Positions 8,866 through 17,006 of a DNA stretch of 32,000 bases are shown in pieces. Both the position numbers and the translations under genes were made by a program. The notes beneath the pieces were generated by a model. That model saw only the letters and a list, made by a program, of their open reading frames with translations, did no database searches and was not told the DNA's origin. The stretch is taken from the sequence record OP380492.1, one strand, 5' to 3'. Position 1 is the stretch's first letter. The number at the start of each line of letters is the position of its first letter. The DNA is from Bacillus phage Nachito.

Positions 8866-11478
8866 GTGGCTTTTAACGTTATTGAAGCAGAAAACTGTTG
8901 GGATGCTTATATGAAAACCTTGAAGGCAATGATTGACAATAATTACGATATGCGAAATGTTTTCCTTCAAGTTAATAATACTCAAGACAACTATGTTACT
9001 TTTATGCCTCACACGACAGACCCATTATTTTGGTATCTTCGTGTTAACTCTGATGTGGTAGAAGGTGAACTGGGTATCGGTTGTGGCTTAGATGTACGAT
9101 ATGACCAAAGACGTATGTCACGTGTAAAAGGACACGGAACGACTGATTGGGACTACCGACTTGAAACTGGGCGACCTGAACACGACAGAACGCAGCTTGA
9201 TATTATGATGGAGCGTGATGAAATCTTCCCTAACACTTCATATCAGAATATGCAACGTGTGGGTGGACGTGGACAGTTACACGCTGTAAAAGACCTTCTG
9301 TTACAAGATAAAGGGAATGACAAAGGGATTGTAACATTCTGGCATTATGAACGTGACTTGTTAGAATATACGAGACGCAGATACATTCAGAAAGAGCTTA
9401 TGGAAATGAAACGTTGGAGCGATTCTCAACACCAACGGATTCCTTGTCCAATTACTTGGCATTTCAACTACTCATCTAAAGGTATCACAAACAATGTTTA
9501 TTCTCGTTCATTAGTATGGGATGGACATATCTATGATGACTTGTTCCGATTTGCTGAACCTTCTAAATGGATTGGCGGACACATGAAGAAGGGTAGCGGC
9601 TTAATGACCTTTACAATCAACCGTCTGTGGCAGAAGAACTTTGGACGGGATAAAGAGAGATGGGCAGCCCGTTACGCATACTGGGAGAACCATAAATGGA
9701 TTAAACATTACTATGAAGAACGAGAGTTTCCAATCTTCAAAACGAAAGAAGACTTTGAGCGTGAGTGGTTATTGAAAGAACTTGCTGAACAAGACTTCCG
9801 TTATGGAGACTTTGAACAAGGTGACAAAAAGCTGGAACTATTACAATCTCAATACTACAGAGAATGGGTAAAAGCTATGAAAGTAGCGGATATGACAATT
9901 GCTCACAGAATCCTTGGAACGATGCTTGAAAAAGGTATTGTGTCAAGACCTACAAAGCGTGCGTTGGAATATGTAGACAACTATACTATTAAACAAGCGA
10001 TTCTTGACATTGATGGTATCTTCCGTGTACAATGTGTGGAATGGGTTGTCAATTATATCCTACGTTCTGGAACGACAGACATGGACTACAGAGAATACTT
10101 GGATATTCTACCAGAAGAACTTCAACAACTTGTTCTTGTAGCTTCCTTAAATGGAGTTCAAAGAGCGAATAAATCTGAGTTTGAAAGCATTTTAGGAAAA
10201 CTTGACAAAGAAATCTTGTTAATTTCTGAATATAATGACTTAGTTCTTCCTCCAAAGTCAGCTCCTGTTAATATGCCGAAAGAAGAGGTAAAGGAAGAAA
10301 AACCAGAACCTCAACCAGAGCCTTGTGACGTTGAAGAGGAGGACGTGGTTGAAGAAGCTCCTGAAGAAGAAGTCAAAGAGGAGAAGAAACAGCCAGAGAA
10401 GGAAGCAGAACAGCCAGAAGAGCAAGACAACTTTATCGCAGGACTAATGAAGCAGATGGCTGAAAGCGGCGATGAAGAGGACGATGAGGAAGAGGATGAC
10501 GATGATGATGTTAATGAGATATTAGATAACATCGTTCATAAGCCAAAGCCTGAAAAAGAAGACAAAGAAGAAATCACTGTTAAACCTCCAAAGGGAAAGA
10601 CGTATGCTGAAATTATGGCGGAAGTCGATGAAGCTAAACGAGTAGAGGAAGAAACGGAAGATGAAGAACCAGAGCCAGAACCACAGAAGCAGGAAGAACC
10701 TGAACAGGAGGAAGAGGAAGTGCGACAACCAATTAAAACGGAAAGAAGCTCAGGAATCTTTGTTGCAGCACCGTATGGAAGTAAACGTGTGAATAAACAT
10801 TATGGCGAACTTCTGAAGCAGAATCTTGATGCTGGAAAACGTTACGATGAGTGTTACTTCCCAATTGAACCTTTCCATTATCGTGAGGAACGTCATCAAG
10901 CAACTCAACCAATCTTTGAGTTCTGCGTGAAGAATGACATTCCAATTTCTGTTGAAACAAGAAGAGTTGTTCCAGATTGGGCTGTAGAAGCATTAGCACA
11001 ACATCCGCAAAGTGAAGTCAGAGTTCATCTGAACACTATGGATAACAACAAATGGAAGTCAATTTATCCGACTAAAAAGGCTCATACACCAGACCAAATC
11101 ATTGAGAGCTTCATTAAGTGCTTCAATGCTGGTGTTTACACGATTCTAGCAATTTCACCGATTGTTCCTGGGATTGTATCAAGACAAGATGTTGTTTCAG
11201 TTGTAGACAAATTGAAGAACTGGACACCAATGATTGAAGTCAGCTTTGCGTCATTCACTCCAGAAGAGATTTCAGAGCTTGAAGACCAACTCAAAGATGA
11301 AGAGTTATTTGAGAAGGTTATGACGTATTATGAAAAAGTTGACGATATGTGGGTTGTTAAACCAGACTACAAACAAGCATTCCTACAAACCATTGAAGGA
11401 TTCCTTGTAGGTAGTAAAGCAAAACTCAACGTGTTAGACAAAGCTCATTATAGTGGACTTCAACCTACAGAAGAGTAG
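8866..11478 (+). CDS. 870-aa multidomain protein: divergent thymidylate-synthase-like N-domain, acidic linker, TIM-barrel/radical-SAM-like C-domain
   Basis: N-domain GQLHAVKDLLLQDKGNDKGIVTFWHYERDL...RIPCPITWHF...SRSLVWDGHIYDDLFRFA resembles the TS PCH..QF and RS.D motifs. C-domain SEVRVHLNTMDNNKWKSIYP...TPDQIIESFIKCFNAGVYTILAISPIVPG. The ORF is certain; the domain calls are tentative. Confidence 0.45.
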   Translation: MAFNVIEAENCWDAYMKTLKAMIDNNYDMRNVFLQVNNTQDNYVTFMPHTTDPLFWYLRVNSDVVEGELGIGCGLDVRYDQRRMSRVKGHGTTDWDYRLETGRPEHDRTQLDIMMERDEIFPNTSYQNMQRVGGRGQLHAVKDLLLQDKGNDKGIVTFWHYERDLLEYTRRRYIQKELMEMKRWSDSQHQRIPCPITWHFNYSSKGITNNVYSRSLVWDGHIYDDLFRFAEPSKWIGGHMKKGSGLMTFTINRLWQKNFGRDKERWAARYAYWENHKWIKHYYEEREFPIFKTKEDFEREWLLKELAEQDFRYGDFEQGDKKLELLQSQYYREWVKAMKVADMTIAHRILGTMLEKGIVSRPTKRALEYVDNYTIKQAILDIDGIFRVQCVEWVVNYILRSGTTDMDYREYLDILPEELQQLVLVASLNGVQRANKSEFESILGKLDKEILLISEYNDLVLPPKSAPVNMPKEEVKEEKPEPQPEPCDVEEEDVVEEAPEEEVKEEKKQPEKEAEQPEEQDNFIAGLMKQMAESGDEEDDEEEDDDDDVNEILDNIVHKPKPEKEDKEEITVKPPKGKTYAEIMAEVDEAKRVEEETEDEEPEPEPQKQEEPEQEEEEVRQPIKTERSSGIFVAAPYGSKRVNKHYGELLKQNLDAGKRYDECYFPIEPFHYREERHQATQPIFEFCVKNDIPISVETRRVVPDWAVEALAQHPQSEVRVHLNTMDNNKWKSIYPTKKAHTPDQIIESFIKCFNAGVYTILAISPIVPGIVSRQDVVSVVDKLKNWTPMIEVSFASFTPEEISELEDQLKDEELFEKVMTYYEKVDDMWVVKPDYKQAFLQTIEGFLVGSKAKLNVLDKAHYSGLQPTEE

Positions 11479-11509
11479 GAGAAAACTTTTCACCTCCAAC
11501 GTTTTATTA
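11477..11509 (+). promoter_or_regulatory. middle-type promoter candidate upstream of the P-loop kinase
   Basis: AGGAGAaaAcTT...GTTTTATTA, 20-nt spacing to TTTATTA. Confidence 0.65.
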
Positions 11510-11534
11510 TATATCAAACTCGTTGGAGGTGAAA
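11488..11534 (+). repeat. perfect 14-bp inverted repeat overlapping promoter and Shine-Dalgarno
   Basis: TTTCACCTCCAACG (11488-11501) / CGTTGGAGGTGAAA (11521-11534), 19-nt loop; the right arm contains GGAGG. Confidence 0.9.
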
Positions 11535-11536
11535 CT

Positions 11537-12241
11537 ATGATTGATACTAGAGGTGATGAAATGGAACGAAGTTCTATCAAGCTAAAACGAATTGAAGTAT
11601 CAGATTTCATAGAAACATTGAAACAAAATTGTGGTGGAAAAATCAAGTATCGAAAAGGACTTATGCTTGTTAATATCAGAGGATGTAATGGTTCAGGAAA
11701 ATCGACAGTTCCATTATCTATGTTAGCAGAAGATAGAGGAGCATTTATATTCACGATTGACGGAAAAGACAGAGCAACTGTTTTCCCTTCATTCGGATTT
11801 GTAGCGATGGGACGTTACAGAACAAAGACAGGCGGATTGGATGGATTTAAAGGAAATGAGGAGACAATGCAGACTCTTGAAGCATTATGGGAAACTCCTT
11901 TCAGCATACTTATGGAGGGTGTTATTTCTTCAACGATTTACTCAACATACTTAAATCTATTTAAAGAGCTGGAAGAGAGACAAAACCCAAACCGAAAAAT
12001 CCTCATATACAACCTTCTGCCACCTTTTGAAGTTTGTTTGGAACGTATTAAAGGACGTTCTCCTGATACTTTCCATAAAATCAAAGTTGAACAGATTGAA
12101 GGAAAGTGGCGTACAGTTCAACGCAACGCTGAGAAGTTTGCAAATGAAGGATTAAACAGTATAGTCGTTGACAATAGCTCTATCAAGAAGCAGGACACTT
12201 TAAAACAATTCTTAAATTATGTAAAAGAATTTTCGAAATGA
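11537..12241 (+). CDS. P-loop kinase, candidate 5-hydroxymethyl-dU DNA kinase (HMUDK-like)
   Basis: GLMLVNIRGCNGSGKSTVPLSML (Walker A), ILMEGVISSTIYSTYLNLF; ORF open from 11453 but ATG 11537 has the GGAGGTG SD. The specific function is inferred from the adjacent HMUDK-helical-like gene. Confidence 0.65.
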   Translation: MIDTRGDEMERSSIKLKRIEVSDFIETLKQNCGGKIKYRKGLMLVNIRGCNGSGKSTVPLSMLAEDRGAFIFTIDGKDRATVFPSFGFVAMGRYRTKTGGLDGFKGNEETMQTLEALWETPFSILMEGVISSTIYSTYLNLFKELEERQNPNRKILIYNLLPPFEVCLERIKGRSPDTFHKIKVEQIEGKWRTVQRNAEKFANEGLNSIVVDNSSIKKQDTLKQFLNYVKEFSK

Positions 12242-12251
12242 GGGATATGAC

Positions 12252-12515
12252 TTGAAAGCGATTGAAAATGTAAAACAAACGGTAGTTTTCAGGTATGTTG
12301 ATGTCGACATCGTGAAATTCTCAACTGTTGATTCTTCAATGGTTGTGAGACATATGGTTGGTGAAAGAATCAAAATCAATGGTGCCATCTATGAAGTTAT
12401 AGATAGTAACACAACTTATGATACAGAAACAGCTGAATATGGCGGTTTGTATTCCGACTCTGCCACGATAGTTCATATTGTTCAAACATACTATGTAAAC
12501 AAGATATTTGTGTAA
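12252..12515 (+). CDS. hypothetical protein, 87 aa
   Basis: ORF with operon spacing. Confidence 0.6.
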   Translation: MKAIENVKQTVVFRYVDVDIVKFSTVDSSMVVRHMVGERIKINGAIYEVIDSNTTYDTETAEYGGLYSDSATIVHIVQTYYVNKIFV

Positions 12516-12538
12516 ACAAGATATAAGGAGGAATTGAA

Positions 12539-13633
12539 ATGAAACAAACTGATGGAGCTTTCTTGCGTTCGTTAAATCGTGAAAATAAACCTTATTGGGA
12601 AGAACAATACATTAACACACCTAATGATGATGTAAAGCTGCGTGTTGACCCAGAAACGGGAATGACTTTCTTTGAAATGTACTTCAGAAATATGGTTGAA
12701 CGTCAAAATATCTGGTACAAACGTGTTATACTTCAAGAGCCAAAACCTTGGACAGTAGACCCAATCATGGGAACATACCATTTCACTAATGTTGACAGAA
12801 AGCTTGACCGTGTAACATTACACTACATTGATAACGTGCTGCCAAACCTAAAGGACACAGACGAGTCAAGAAAGTATCTTCTGTTAAACACTTTCATCTA
12901 TCGCTTATTTGTGCGACCTGAAACATGGGATATTATCGGATACATTCACCCAGAAACATTCTTATCAGATTGGGAACGAGCAAAAGCCAACCTGAGAGAA
13001 CGTAAACGTCAAGGAAAAACAATCTTCACTGATGCGTACTTTGTAAACGATTTAAAATCAGCCAACCCAGATAAAGAAAAGAGCGGCGACAAGACAGAGA
13101 ACGCTATTTGTCTACTACAATATGTAATCGACAACTTAGATGAGATTGCTGACTTTGTGTTCAATAAAAAGAACAACATGGAATCAGTAGTCAACTATCT
13201 GACACGAGTTCCTGCTGTTGGGATGTTTAACTCTTATGAAGTGTGCTTGGATTTAGCTATGGTTGAAGAAATGACTGGTATTCCGTTCGTTAACTGGACA
13301 GCGGATTATTGGACGAATGTTGGACCAGGTTGTAAGAAAGGTATTGACTATGTGTTTGAAAACAGAGGTAATATGTCTTATACTGACATTGTATTCTTTG
13401 TAGCTAGTATCGGAAAAGCGATGTTTGAAAAGTTAGGACTTGAATACAAGTACCAAACAGAAGATTCAGAGCTTGACTTAAGATGTTATGAAGGTTGGTT
13501 CTGTGAAAGTCAGAAATACTTCAATGCTTATTGTACAGAGAGGGAATATGACTTTGCTAAAGGGAAACGACCTAAAAAGAAAATGAAGCTTCGTAGTGAA
13601 GACATTAACACATTAAAACCACGTAATAACTGA
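12539..13633 (+). CDS. putative alpha-glutamyl/putrescinyl-thymine pyrophosphorylase / 5-hmdU DNA kinase helical-domain family protein
   Basis: MVERQNIWYKRVI...PWTVDPIMGTYHFTNVDRKLDRVTLHYIDNVLP...LLLNTFIYRLFVRPETWDIIG resembles the DNA-glycosylase-like helical family in thymine-hypermodifying phages. Confidence 0.6.
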   Translation: MKQTDGAFLRSLNRENKPYWEEQYINTPNDDVKLRVDPETGMTFFEMYFRNMVERQNIWYKRVILQEPKPWTVDPIMGTYHFTNVDRKLDRVTLHYIDNVLPNLKDTDESRKYLLLNTFIYRLFVRPETWDIIGYIHPETFLSDWERAKANLRERKRQGKTIFTDAYFVNDLKSANPDKEKSGDKTENAICLLQYVIDNLDEIADFVFNKKNNMESVVNYLTRVPAVGMFNSYEVCLDLAMVEEMTGIPFVNWTADYWTNVGPGCKKGIDYVFENRGNMSYTDIVFFVASIGKAMFEKLGLEYKYQTEDSELDLRCYEGWFCESQKYFNAYCTEREYDFAKGKRPKKKMKLRSEDINTLKPRNN

Positions 13634-13642
13634 TTATAAAGG

Positions 13643-13668
13643 GTTGGGAGAAATCCCAGCTCTTTTTA
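13643..13668 (+). terminator. intrinsic terminator
   Basis: GTTGGGA-gaaa-TCCCAGC followed by TCTTTTTATTTT. Confidence 0.65.
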
Positions 13669-13693
13669 TTTTCAAAATTTTCATAATATTCCC

Positions 13694-13722
13694 TTGACTA
13701 TTGGAATAGACTATACTATGAT
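13694..13722 (+). promoter_or_regulatory. sigmaA-like promoter
   Basis: TTGACT-17 nt-TATGAT; spacer closely similar to the copy at 27666-27694. Confidence 0.7.
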
Positions 13723-13735
13723 TAACTTGTAAACA

Positions 13736-13767
13736 TTAACCAAGTAGAAAAAGGAGCGGTTAAAATG
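13736..13767 (+). promoter_or_regulatory. conserved leader cassette copy 2 (TTAACCAAGTAGAAAAAGGAGCGGTTAAAATG)
   Basis: TTAACC/GGTTAA inverted repeat flanking the SD; matches copies 1 and 3. Confidence 0.75.
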
Positions 13768-14409
13768 ACAACAGCTAAACAAGAAAGAATTTATTTGGAT
13801 GAACTTAAAGTAAAGATTGAAAAGGAACACAAGGAAATCAAAACATATATACTACGTCTTCAAAAGGCGGCTAAAATTAACGATTTCAGAGAAATCAAAC
13901 ATGTTAACGGTCTTATGGCAAGCAGCTTTCGAATGATAGACAGTTTAAATGACTACATCAAATCAACAAAAGAACGCATTAAGGAATACGAAAGACGTGA
14001 AGCTGGTTATGGAGTTATCGTGGACTTTCTGGCTGAAGTTCTTGTGAAAGATATTGATTGGCATAGAGCTTTGGTTGAGGATTATAACAAAAGAGGATAC
14101 AAAGAGTACAGCGAGATGTTAAGAAAGAAACAAATAACAAAAGTTATTATGAACTTCGCTAGAATGTCTGAAGAAGAAGCGATTGATATGTTCAAATATG
14201 ATATGGATTGTCGTTACATTTCCCTAATTGGAAAGATTGAAACGAAGGTTGGGGAGGTTACAAACATAAAACTTAAGAGAAATGAAAACTGCAGCTTTGA
14301 CGGAATTGTAGAAGGTACGAAAGGTACAATGGCAATTAACACTATACCAGCAGGAGGATTTAACATACAGAGATTCCATTACAGAACTTTAACAAAACTG
14401 TTAAAATAA
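13765..14409 (+). CDS. hypothetical helical protein, 214 aa
   Basis: ORF directly downstream of promoter and leader cassette. Confidence 0.75.
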   Translation: MTTAKQERIYLDELKVKIEKEHKEIKTYILRLQKAAKINDFREIKHVNGLMASSFRMIDSLNDYIKSTKERIKEYERREAGYGVIVDFLAEVLVKDIDWHRALVEDYNKRGYKEYSEMLRKKQITKVIMNFARMSEEEAIDMFKYDMDCRYISLIGKIETKVGEVTNIKLKRNENCSFDGIVEGTKGTMAINTIPAGGFNIQRFHYRTLTKLLK

Positions 14410-14411
14410 AG

Positions 14412-14438
14412 AAAAGGAAGCTCATAGGCTTCCTTTTT
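14412..14438. terminator. bidirectional terminator between convergent genes
   Basis: AAAAGGAAGC-tcatag-GCTTCCTTTTT; poly-T on either strand. Confidence 0.8.
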
Positions 14439-14442
14439 CTCA

Positions 14443-14748
14443 TTATACGTTAACTTTACCTTCAACAGTTTTCAGACGGTTGTCAATGCCAGTGACTTTC
14501 GTGTCATTGGTGCCCTTATAGTTGGTGAAGTTTGTGTTAACAGTGTCAGCAGTAGACTTAGCAGAGGTTGCCGTTGTCTTTGCTGTATCAGCAGTTGATT
14601 TAACAGTAGCTAAATCAGATTCAAGTTTTGAGATTCTTGCTAACAACTCAGAAGTGTCGCCGCTACCTGCTAAAGCAGATGGTTCAATCTCATCTTTACT
14701 GATTTTGAAAAACTTTCCTAAACCTGGAATGTATTTACCTGCACCCAT
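14443..14748 (-). CDS. coiled-coil / fibre-like small protein, only confident minus-strand gene
   Basis: MGAGKYIPGLGKFFKISKDEIEPSALAGSGDTSELLARISKLESDLATVKSTADTAKTTATSAKSTADTVNTNF...; strong SD on the minus strand (AGGAGGTGATACC-ATG). Confidence 0.75.
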   Translation of the reverse strand: MGAGKYIPGLGKFFKISKDEIEPSALAGSGDTSELLARISKLESDLATVKSTADTAKTTATSAKSTADTVNTNFTNYKGTNDTKVTGIDNRLKTVEGKVNV

Positions 14749-14830
14749 GGTATCACCTCCTAATTTATAACATAGGGAATACTGTGGACATCTTTTATGA
14801 AGTTAAGTTTTTCCACATAATTATGTATTC

Positions 14831-14862
14831 AGGAGAAACTTTTTCAATTGTCCGTTTTATTA
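14831..14862 (+). promoter_or_regulatory. middle-type promoter candidate upstream of TS-like gene
   Basis: AGGAGAaactTTTTcaattgtccGTTTTATTA, 19-nt spacing to TTTATTA. Confidence 0.6.
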
Positions 14863-14896
14863 GGTGTACGAGATACTGAAAGGAGTTTTTCAAACT

Positions 14897-16060
14897 ATGG
14901 GTAAAATCTTTACAAACGACAACTCAACACAGCTTTACATGGACGCATTTGTTGCGTTGGAAAACGAAGGAGACATTGTTGCTCCAAGAGGGAAGGACAT
15001 TAAGGAACTACGACCTGTAATTGTCGAGTTCACAAACCCTCTGAACCGTGTTACTTTCTTGGAGGACAGACGCATTAACCCGTTCTTCCAACAAGCAGAA
15101 GCTCTTTGGATTGCTGCAGGACGTTCTGACGTTGAGTTCTTACTTAAGTACAACCAGAATATGGGTGAGTTCTCTGATGACGGCGTATACTTCAACGCTC
15201 CTTATGGGGAACGATTACGCTTTTGGAATAAGAACGACCTAACTGGCCAGATTATCAATCCTATTGACCAATTAGTAGACGTGTATGAGAAGTTACTTAA
15301 AGACTGGGATACACGCCAAGCGGTTGCTCAGATTTGGAATCCTATGTTCGACAATTCAAGTTATGAGGGTAAAGATTTCCCTTGTAATATGACGCTTTGT
15401 TTCAAAATCCGTAAAAACAAACTTCATCTAACAGTTTATAACAGAAGTAATGATTTACATTACGGAACATTTGGAGCGAACTTATGTCAGTTTGCTACGA
15501 TTCAAGAAATGGTTGCTTCTTGGTTAGGAATTGAAGTGGGAACTTACAATCAAGTTACTGACTCGTTACATATCTATTTGAAAGACTATGGATATAAAGA
15601 GTCAGACAAAATTAAAAAGGCTTATGGCTTAACAGGAGATACGCTTGAAGCTCCTGAAGTTAAACACTTCACGTTTGAGAGTGAGCCAAGAATTAAATCT
15701 ACATTACAAGAAACAACTGCTTTCTTGGATGTACTATTCAATCAAGGATTTGTTGAAACACTTCATAATGACGCTGCTTTTGAGCAAGTTGAAGTACAAG
15801 AACAAATTATGACGTTTGCAACAGCAATCCCTGATGAGTATTTCCGTACAAACGTTTTATCTATGGTTGCATATCGTGCTCATAAGTTAAAACAGTTTGA
15901 TGTTATGGTTCACGCATTATCAGAAATGCAAGATTGTCAGTGGAAGTTATCTTGCTTGTTCTTCCTTCATAAATTCTATGCGGACTCTTCAACGTTTAAA
16001 GAGTTATATGCTCATTACTCTGCTGATAAAATCCGTTATATTGAAGGGAAGCGAGTGTAA
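14897..16060 (+). CDS. thymidylate-synthase-family protein, candidate dUMP hydroxymethylase
   Basis: YFNAPYGERLRFW, DTRQAVAQIWNPMFDNSSYEGKDFPCNMTLCFKI, YNRSNDLHYGTFGANLCQFATIQEMVASWLGIEVGTYNQVTDSLHIY. ORF open from 14864; ATG 14897 preferred. Confidence 0.8.
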   Translation: MGKIFTNDNSTQLYMDAFVALENEGDIVAPRGKDIKELRPVIVEFTNPLNRVTFLEDRRINPFFQQAEALWIAAGRSDVEFLLKYNQNMGEFSDDGVYFNAPYGERLRFWNKNDLTGQIINPIDQLVDVYEKLLKDWDTRQAVAQIWNPMFDNSSYEGKDFPCNMTLCFKIRKNKLHLTVYNRSNDLHYGTFGANLCQFATIQEMVASWLGIEVGTYNQVTDSLHIYLKDYGYKESDKIKKAYGLTGDTLEAPEVKHFTFESEPRIKSTLQETTAFLDVLFNQGFVETLHNDAAFEQVEVQEQIMTFATAIPDEYFRTNVLSMVAYRAHKLKQFDVMVHALSEMQDCQWKLSCLFFLHKFYADSSTFKELYAHYSADKIRYIEGKRV

Positions 16061-16071
16061 AACAGAGGAGA

Positions 16072-16485
16072 GTGGAGCGGTTGGAATTTTTACCAGACAA
16101 ATTTGTAGTAGCGGTTGACTTTGATGGTACAATTACAGAAGAGAAGGCGATGAGTCATAAAATGACTCTTCGTCCTGACTGTAAAGAGGTGTTGACTTGG
16201 TTAGCGAATAGAAAGGATGTTGTATTGGTTTTATGGACTTGTCGTACAGCGGAGAGCCTTTATGAAGCGATGAAGTTTCTGAAACAAAACGATATGTTGG
16301 ATTTATTCGCAGCAGTTAATGACCAGTTACCTGAAGTCAAGAAGAAATACCATCCAAAAGTGGCAAGAAAGGTTGGAGCGGATATTTATATTGATGATAG
16401 AAACCTGTACATGTCCACAGTTGATTGGAAAGATATACAAAAAGTTCTTCAAAAGACTTTTGCAAAGAGAATGATTCAGATATAA
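16072..16485 (+). CDS. HAD-superfamily phosphatase-like protein
   Basis: FVVAVDFDGTITEE (DxDGT), VLVLWTCR, YIDDRN. Confidence 0.75.
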   Translation: MERLEFLPDKFVVAVDFDGTITEEKAMSHKMTLRPDCKEVLTWLANRKDVVLVLWTCRTAESLYEAMKFLKQNDMLDLFAAVNDQLPEVKKKYHPKVARKVGADIYIDDRNLYMSTVDWKDIQKVLQKTFAKRMIQI

Positions 16486-16952
16486 TCAGAATATACTATG
16501 AAGGAGATGAAAGACCAGTGGTCAATAGCGAAGAAGTATATGAATTGTATAAAAAGTATGTTCCAGTTCAAGAGGGAAGCAATGTTGATGCGTTACTTCA
16601 ACAAGCGGCTCTCGTACATCAAACTATTGCTGGTAACAAAGAGGAACTCAGAGAGGACAATGCATTGATGACATTAGCATTCGTGTCCTTATCTCATCTA
16701 CAATACAGCAAAGAAGGCTCTTATGGGCGTTCTTGGTGTAAACGTGGTGAGCAAGATATCTTCTTTAATATGGCACGTAAGTTTGACAGACTGGAAAATA
16801 TGACACTTCATAGCAAAGCTGATGAAGTTGGTGAAAGTAAAGTTGACACTGTCGGCGATGAAGCCAACTATGGTATGCTTTGGGTAACATATATCCTACG
16901 AAACAACCCAGCAGACTTTGTAAAATGGCTACAAGGGAACACAGCCAGCTAA
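16425..16952 (+). CDS. nucleotide-modification-associated (Nmad1/DUF1599-like) protein
   Basis: YGRSWCKRGEQDIFFNMARKFDRLENM...GESKVDTVGDEANYGMLWVTYIL. The true start may be downstream of 16425. Confidence 0.55.
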   Translation: MERYTKSSSKDFCKENDSDIIRIYYEGDERPVVNSEEVYELYKKYVPVQEGSNVDALLQQAALVHQTIAGNKEELREDNALMTLAFVSLSHLQYSKEGSYGRSWCKRGEQDIFFNMARKFDRLENMTLHSKADEVGESKVDTVGDEANYGMLWVTYILRNNPADFVKWLQGNTAS

Positions 16953-17006
16953 CTGGCTTTCATATAGATATAAAACAAACTAAAACAAATTATTGGAGGT
17001 TTTAAT

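Noticed and set aside
10311-10532. Minus-strand poly-Ser ORF opposite the 870-aa protein linker
   Set aside because: Reverse complement of GAA/GAT repeats encoding the acidic linker; no independent gene signals.
14522-14770. Plus-strand 82-aa ORF opposite the coiled-coil gene
   Set aside because: The minus-strand ORF has the strong SD and sensible composition; the + strand ORF ends across the minus gene's SD.
14831-14899. A kinase-like SD-sequestering hairpin at the other middle-type promoters (14831, 17398, 20315, 23865)
   Set aside because: Only 5-7 bp weak or AU-only complementarity (e.g. TCACC/GGTGA near 20380, ATTTTAT/ATAAAAT near 23926); not comparable with the perfect 14-bp repeat at 11488-11534.
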